A stretch of 11,719 nucleotides of DNA from Candidatus Rokuibacteriota bacterium (GTDB lineage Bacteria; Methylomirabilota; Methylomirabilia; Rokubacteriales; DASRDR01): assembly GCA_044866005.1 (NCBI GenBank), contig JBIOTN010000151.1, positions 1 through 11,719 of the forward strand, in the 5' to 3' direction. The notes below the pieces were generated by a model, which was not told where the DNA came from, made no database searches, and saw nothing but the letters and a program-made list of their open reading frames with translations. Positions 7,898 through 11,719 of this stretch are shown one piece after another (within the stretch, counting starts at the first letter, position 1; every line of letters starts with the position of its first letter). A program made the translations under genes and the position numbers.

Positions 7898-8906
7898 CCC
7901 GCCGTCGGCGGAAGCGGAGCAGGAGCCCGAGGCTCACCAGCGCCGGAAGCCAGAAGGCGAGCACGCGGTACAGGACCGTCGCCGCGATCGCCTGCGCCGG
8001 CTCGATCCCGCGGCTCACGAAGACGGCGCTCATGATCACCTCGAATCCCCCGCCACCCCCCGGCACGGCGAGCACCGCGACGCCCGCCATCGCGACGACG
8101 AACCCCATGAACGTCACCCACACGCTCGGCGCGGTGCCGAGCGTCAGGAACGCCGTGTAGAGCGCGGCGGAGTCGGCGGCCACCGCCAGGTACTGGAGGC
8201 CCACCATCAGGTAGAACGCCCGCGGGTGCCGCCGGATCACCGCCTTCCCCCGATAGTACTCGCCCAGGAACTCGCGGACCGGCTCGTCGGGCCAGCGGCG
8301 TCCCAGCAGGCGCGCCAGCCGGTCCTTCAGCCGGAGCACCAGCGGGACGAAACGGCGCGCATCGCGCTGGAGCCAGTAGAGCCAGAGCGCGAGCGCGACG
8401 ACCGCCAGGCCCGGGATCAACGCGAACCCCACGCGGCCGGGGCCGAGTCCGCTCTCCCCCGTGGCGATGAAGCCCAGGCTCACCAGGACGAGGGTCCCCG
8501 CGGCGACCGCGTAGCTGAGCGTGTCGATCAGCGCGATGAGCGAGGCCTGCCCGGCCGAAACCCCGCGCTGGTGGAGCGCGTACGTCAGGAAGGCGTAGCC
8601 GCTCGCGCCTGCCGTGGGGACGAGCTGGTGAAGCGTCGTCGCGACCAGGGCGAGGCTCCAGAGGAGTCGCCGCGGGAAGCGGTAGCCGAGAAGGCGGAGC
8701 GGGACGCCGTAGACCGTCGCCCGGCAGAGATAGACGGCGCCGATGGCGATCGCGCCGGGGATGAGCCACCAGAACGCCGCCGCGCGCAGGAGGCGCGTGG
8801 CGGCGACGAGGCTCTCGCGATTCCGGAACGCGACGACCGCGACCGCGAGCGGCACGAGCGCCCAGAGCGCGCGCCCGAGCCCGTCGGAGGCGCCACGCTT
8901 CGCCAT
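7866..8906 (-). CDS. Lysylphosphatidylglycerol synthase TM-domain (UPF0104/YbhN-like) flippase-type membrane protein
   Basis: About 8 TM segments; HQLVPTAGASG, VPGGGGGFE and VLYRVLAFWLP match the P-x-x-G-x-x-G, PGG-x-G-x-x-E and YR-x4-W motifs of this family; no C-terminal synthase domain. Confidence 0.88.
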   Translation of the reverse strand: MAKRGASDGLGRALWALVPLAVAVVAFRNRESLVAATRLLRAAAFWWLIPGAIAIGAVYLCRATVYGVPLRLLGYRFPRRLLWSLALVATTLHQLVPTAGASGYAFLTYALHQRGVSAGQASLIALIDTLSYAVAAGTLVLVSLGFIATGESGLGPGRVGFALIPGLAVVALALWLYWLQRDARRFVPLVLRLKDRLARLLGRRWPDEPVREFLGEYYRGKAVIRRHPRAFYLMVGLQYLAVAADSAALYTAFLTLGTAPSVWVTFMGFVVAMAGVAVLAVPGGGGGFEVIMSAVFVSRGIEPAQAIAATVLYRVLAFWLPALVSLGLLLRFRRRRAEVRAARGRR

Positions 8907-8969
8907 CCGCCGCGATCTCAGGGCTCCGCCGAACCGCGGGGTCGGGCGCGCGGAGACCGAGCCCGGCGG

Positions 8970-9002
8970 AAAACGAATCGGGGGCCCGCGGGAGCCCCCG
9001 AT
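8970..9002 (-). terminator. Intrinsic terminator after the tRNA cluster
   Basis: Minus strand ATCGGGGGC-TCCCGCGG-GCCCCCGAT hairpin (9-bp stem) followed by TCGTTTT, 5 nt after the tRNA-Lys CCA. Confidence 0.75.
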
Positions 9003-9007
9003 GCGAG

Positions 9008-9083
<76 letters not shown>

Positions 9084-9113
9084 ACGCGGCCGGGCAGCCG
9101 GCCCGGAAAGGAT

Positions 9114-9189
9114 TGGTACGCCTGAGAGGATTTGAACCTCTGACCTTCGGATCCGGAGTCCGACGCTCTATCCGCTGAGCTACAGGCGC
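9114..9189 (-). tRNA. tRNA-Arg(CCG), encoded CCA
   Basis: GCGCCTG TA GCTC AGCGGATA GAGC G TCGGA CT-CCG-GA TCCGA AGGTC AGAGG TTCAAAT CCTCT CAGGCGT ACCA; A20 identity base, G1-U72. Confidence 0.98.
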
Positions 9190-9211
9190 CCGATCGATCG
9201 CCACACGTCAC

Positions 9212-9288
9212 TGGTACGCCCGGCAGGAATTGAACCTGCGACCTACGGATTCGAAGTCCGTCGCTCTGTCCGACTGAGCTACGGGCGC
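9212..9288 (-). tRNA. tRNA-Arg(TCG), encoded CCA
   Basis: GCGCCCG TA GCTC AGTCGGACA GAGC G ACGGA CT-TCG-AA TCCGT AGGTC GCAGG TTCAATT CCTGC CGGGCGT ACCA; A20 present. Confidence 0.97.
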
Positions 9289-9349
9289 GCCGCTCGGCCC
9301 CCCGCTCGCCGGCCGCCCTCCGGAGCGCGGCGCGCCTCGCGGGGGAGGC

Positions 9350-9426
9350 TGGGGTGAGCGAAGGGATTTGAACCCTCAACCCCTGGAGCCACAGTCCAGT
9401 GCTCTAACCGTTGAGCTACGCTCACC
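9350..9426 (-). tRNA. tRNA-His(GTG) with encoded G-1, C73 and CCA
   Basis: G GTGAGCG TA GCTC AACGGTTA GAGC A CTGGA CT-GTG-GC TCCAG GGGTT GAGGG TTCAAAT CCCTT CGCTCAC C CCA. Confidence 0.98.
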
Positions 9427-9445
9427 GTCCTGGCTCCGGGCCCTT

Positions 9446-9474
9446 ATCTTACGGAAGCCCTTCTGCACTGTCAA
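9446..9474 (-). promoter_or_regulatory. Near-consensus sigma70-type promoter for His-Arg-Arg-Lys tRNAs
   Basis: Minus strand TTGACA (9474-9469) - 17 nt - TAAGAT (9451-9446), 19 nt upstream of tRNA-His. Confidence 0.88.
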
Positions 9475-9537
9475 CGCGCTGCCGGCCGCGAGCACGGCGC
9501 GTGGATGCCGTGACGAGCATCGTCGAGAAGGAGTTCT

Positions 9538-9614
<77 letters not shown>

Positions 9615-9622
9615 GCGCCGTC

Positions 9623-9651
9623 ATTCTGCACGTTTACCGTACGTGGCGCAA
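9623..9651 (-). promoter_or_regulatory. Candidate sigma70-type promoter for tRNA-Arg(TCT)
   Basis: Minus strand TTGCGC (9651-9646) - 17 nt - CAGAAT (9628-9623), 8 nt before the tRNA 5' end. Confidence 0.5.
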
Positions 9652-9661
9652 CGTCCGCTCG

Positions 9662-9919
9662 TCCGAACGTGCCCGGAAACGTGCCATCGCGCGCGGCCCG
9701 GCGCGCGGTCGCCGCCGTCGGGTCCTCGGGCGCCACGCTGTGATACCGATCGGCCACGGCCCGCGTCTTGTGGCCGGTGATGAGCATGGCCACGTTTTCC
9801 GGCCTTCCGTCGTTCGCCATGTTGCGGACGGCGGTCCGCCGCAAGGCGTGACCGCGGATCCCCGGCACGCCGGTCTTCCCTCAGGCCGTCGCCCGGGCCT
9901 GGCGGCAGTCGCGTCGCGG
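9662..9919 (-). pseudogene. C-terminal fragment of a tyrosine recombinase/phage integrase
   Basis: Frame reads [62 protein letters not shown]-x-x-R box, GH motif and catalytic Tyr (9745-9743). In-frame TGA at 9883-9881; no N-terminal part recognisable. Confidence 0.88.
9666..9685. repeat. 8-bp direct repeat pair, candidate integrase arm-type sites
   Basis: aacgtgcc at 9666-9673 and 9678-9685 (12-bp period) between the integrase remnant's catalytic region and the tRNA. The repeat is certain; the role is inferred. Confidence 0.5.
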
Positions 9920-10054
9920 CGGCCCGATCGGCCGGTCAGTAGCGGCGCTCCGACGAGTTTCTCACCGCGTCGTCGATCAGTTTCGGCCCGGGCCCCTCCC
10001 GCTAGATACCGACGCCGAACCCGTAACTCCTTGCGGACTCGACGGAACGCCCGT

Positions 10055-10070
10055 GGGCACGCCACGTGCT
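10055..10070 (+). promoter_or_regulatory. Sigma54-type -24/-12 promoter candidate
   Basis: GGGCACGCCACGTGCT versus consensus TGGCACG-N4-TTGCW; GG (10056-57) and GC (10068-69) are exactly 10 nt apart; IHF-like TAACTCCTTG at 10024-10033. Confidence 0.55.
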
Positions 10071-10155
10071 TACCCGTCCTCGCGGTCCCTCGTCGTCGCT
10101 GCCGCTTCGGGTAGTGCCGGCGTCGTCCTCCTCGTGCCGCGACTGGAGGGTGTGC

Positions 10156-10317
10156 ATGGCGTGCTGCATTGTTTGTCAGCGGCCCACTGGCGAGACGCCC
10201 GCGCCGCAGATTGCCGACGGCGCGTCGCGGGGGTGCGAGTTCTGCCAGGAGACCCTGCTCCGACTCCTCAGGGAACTGCTACAGCCGCCGGACCCCGTTG
10301 AAGGGCGGCCCATCTAG
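10156..10317 (+). CDS. Small (53 aa) putative C4 zinc-finger protein
   Basis: GGAGGG (10145-10150) then ATG; MACCIVCQRPTGETPAPQIADGASRGCEFCQETLLRLLRELLQPPDPVEGRPI; CxxC-x19-CxxC followed by an amphipathic helix; stop is 3 nt before the next ATG. Confidence 0.65.
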   Translation: MACCIVCQRPTGETPAPQIADGASRGCEFCQETLLRLLRELLQPPDPVEGRPI

Positions 10318-10320
10318 CCA

Positions 10321-10719
10321 ATGCCTCGCTTCAGGATCCTGCTCGTGGATGACGATCCGCCGCGGCTCGAGCTGATGGCGGAGATCCTCGCGGCCGCGGG
10401 GTACGCGGTCGCCGCGGAGGGCTCCGGTCGTCGGGCCGTGAAGGCGGCGACCCTCTGGCGCCCGGACCTCGTCCTCGTGGACGACGGCATGCCGGACCTC
10501 GACGGGGAGGCCGTCGTGCGCCAGCTCAAGGCGGATCCCACAACCCGCGCGATCCCCGTCGTCGCCCTCAGTGGGGGGATGGGCGCCGATCCGATGATGG
10601 CCGCCGGGTGCATCGGCCATATCCCGAAGCCGGTCGACCCGCGACGGCTGGTCGGCCTCGTGCGGGCGTTTCTCCAACAGACCGTGGCGCGCCACGAAGA
10701 GCGGACCGACGCGCGGTAA
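10321..10719 (+). CDS. Single-domain response regulator (CheY/DivK-like receiver)
   Basis: RILLVDDD acidic pocket, PDLVLVD phosphoacceptor, MPDLDG, LKADPTTRAIPVVALS and conserved KP; no output domain. Confidence 0.95.
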   Translation: MPRFRILLVDDDPPRLELMAEILAAAGYAVAAEGSGRRAVKAATLWRPDLVLVDDGMPDLDGEAVVRQLKADPTTRAIPVVALSGGMGADPMMAAGCIGHIPKPVDPRRLVGLVRAFLQQTVARHEERTDAR

Positions 10720-10856
10720 CGGTCCGGCCCCCCGCGTGGAGGGCCGCGTGGCGCGTCAACCCGTCATCCCCGCGGGCCCGACACCGTGCCCGCGGCGGCC
10801 CCGATTCTAACCGGAACCCTCGAGCGCGCGCAGACCCGGACGCGGTGGGGCGCCCT

Positions 10857-11717
10857 TCAGGCGTAGCGGGCGAGCAGCGCCCGCTGGGGCCCGGTCGCGT
10901 CGGTCGCGCCGCGGGTCACCTTGGCGGCGAGCCGTCTCAGGAGCGACTCGCCCTGCCGCGTCCACTCGCAGATCACGACGACGCGCTCGAACGTCGCGTC
11001 GTCGCGCACGGCGCGTAGCAACTGTTCGGGAGGCCAGTCGTGGCGAACGAAGCGCTCGACCAGCCCGCGCCGCAAGCGCTCGGACCAGTCTCGCTCGCGC
11101 CACCAGGGAAGCGGGGGCAACTGGTCGGCGAGCAGGTCCCAGGCCTCGGGCGTGAGCTCCCCCCGGCGCGCCGCGGTGTCCACCGGCTCGAAGACCCGCG
11201 CGACCAGCTCCTCGGCGCCCGGCCCCGGATTGTCGAAGGCCACCGACAAGAGGAACGCCGCGAGCTTGAGGTACTCGCGCCGCTCGAGACCGACGTCGAC
11301 GCCCTGGGTGGTCCGGAGCCACGGCTCCGCGCCGATCCGGCGCACCGCGGGCGAATGCGGGTCCAGGGCGTCCGCGACGGCGGCGACCGCGCGCGGCGCC
11401 GGGGCCTTGGCCCGCAGGAACCAGGTGACGACCTCGGGTGTGCGCGTCTTCAGCATCTTCCGCCAGTCGGCGCCGAGGTCGGCCGCGCCATCCGACCGAT
11501 CGAGCCGATCGAGGATCCCCGCCACGGTGTCCGTCACCGGCCGGCGCGGCAGCTGCGGCGCGGGCGCCTGGGGGGCCACGCGAGCGGGCTCGCGGACCGC
11601 GCCCGGCAGCGGTGCCGGCAGGCGGGGCGGCGGCCCCATCACGAGCGGCGTCGTGGGCCGCGGCTCCGCCGGGCGGGGCGGCGGCCCCATGACCAGCGGC
11701 GTCGCAGGCCGCGGCTC
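10857..11717 (-). CDS. 5'-truncated protein: Pro-rich repeat linker plus all-helical C-terminal domain (tentatively GAP1 C-terminal-like)
   Basis: Frame is open to the window edge; globular region of about 220 aa with FLLSVAFDNPGPGAEELV, AWDLLADQLPPLPWW and ERLRRGLVERFVRHDWPP. CDS is likely real; family assignment is from memory only. Confidence 0.7.
   Translation of the reverse strand, partial: EPRPATPLVMGPPPRPAEPRPTTPLVMGPPPRLPAPLPGAVREPARVAPQAPAPQLPRRPVTDTVAGILDRLDRSDGAADLGADWRKMLKTRTPEVVTWFLRAKAPAPRAVAAVADALDPHSPAVRRIGAEPWLRTTQGVDVGLERREYLKLAAFLLSVAFDNPGPGAEELVARVFEPVDTAARRGELTPEAWDLLADQLPPLPWWRERDWSERLRRGLVERFVRHDWPPEQLLRAVRDDATFERVVVICEWTRQGESLLRRLAAKVTRGATDATGPQRALLARYA
11616..11717 (-). 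repeat. 51-bp (17-aa) coding tandem repeat, at least 2 copies
   Basis: EPRPATPLVMGPPPRPA / EPRPTTPLVMGPPPRLP; ATG codons at 11690 and 11639 are 51 bp apart; may continue beyond the window. Confidence 0.9.
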
Positions 11718-11719
11718 GA

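Noticed and set aside
7834..8769. Second minus-strand ORF ending in the same EVRAARGRR peptide, suggesting programmed frameshifting
   Set aside because: Fully explained by the 32-bp duplication; the rest of the frame is low-complexity shadow sequence and no slippery site was seen.
7866..8906. Calling this gene mprF
   Set aside because: Only 346 aa and lacks the cytoplasmic aminoacyl-transferase domain.

Overview
Very GC-rich bacterial chromosome segment. Protein style is consistent with a Ca. Rokubacteria/Methylomirabilota-like organism, but that is inference only. Left: housekeeping tRNA-Leu(TAG)-tig-clpP-clpX on the minus strand, behind a sigma70-type promoter. Right of centre: a minus-strand cluster of five tRNAs, Arg(TCT), His, the uncommon Arg(TCG), Arg(CCG) and Lys(CTT). 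Between tRNA-Lys and tRNA-Leu lie six envelope/lipid-type genes: an M28 peptidase, a YkoP-like protein, a CrtQ/CruC-type GT2, a hypothetical protein, an exported SRPBCC protein and an LPG-synthase-TM/flippase-like protein. This block is bracketed by an 18/19-bp direct repeat of the tRNA-Lys T-arm, so it looks like an old integrase-less ~5.6-kb islet that split an ancestral Lys-Leu tRNA pair. Upstream of tRNA-Arg(TCT) are a tyrosine-integrase pseudogene fragment and a sigma54-like promoter ahead of an unannotated 53-aa C4 zinc-finger ORF and a single-domain response regulator. The window ends in the 3' part of a Pro-repeat protein whose helical C-terminal domain resembles GAP1 proteins of GTPase-based conflict systems. 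All family assignments come from motif recognition by eye; no searches were run.
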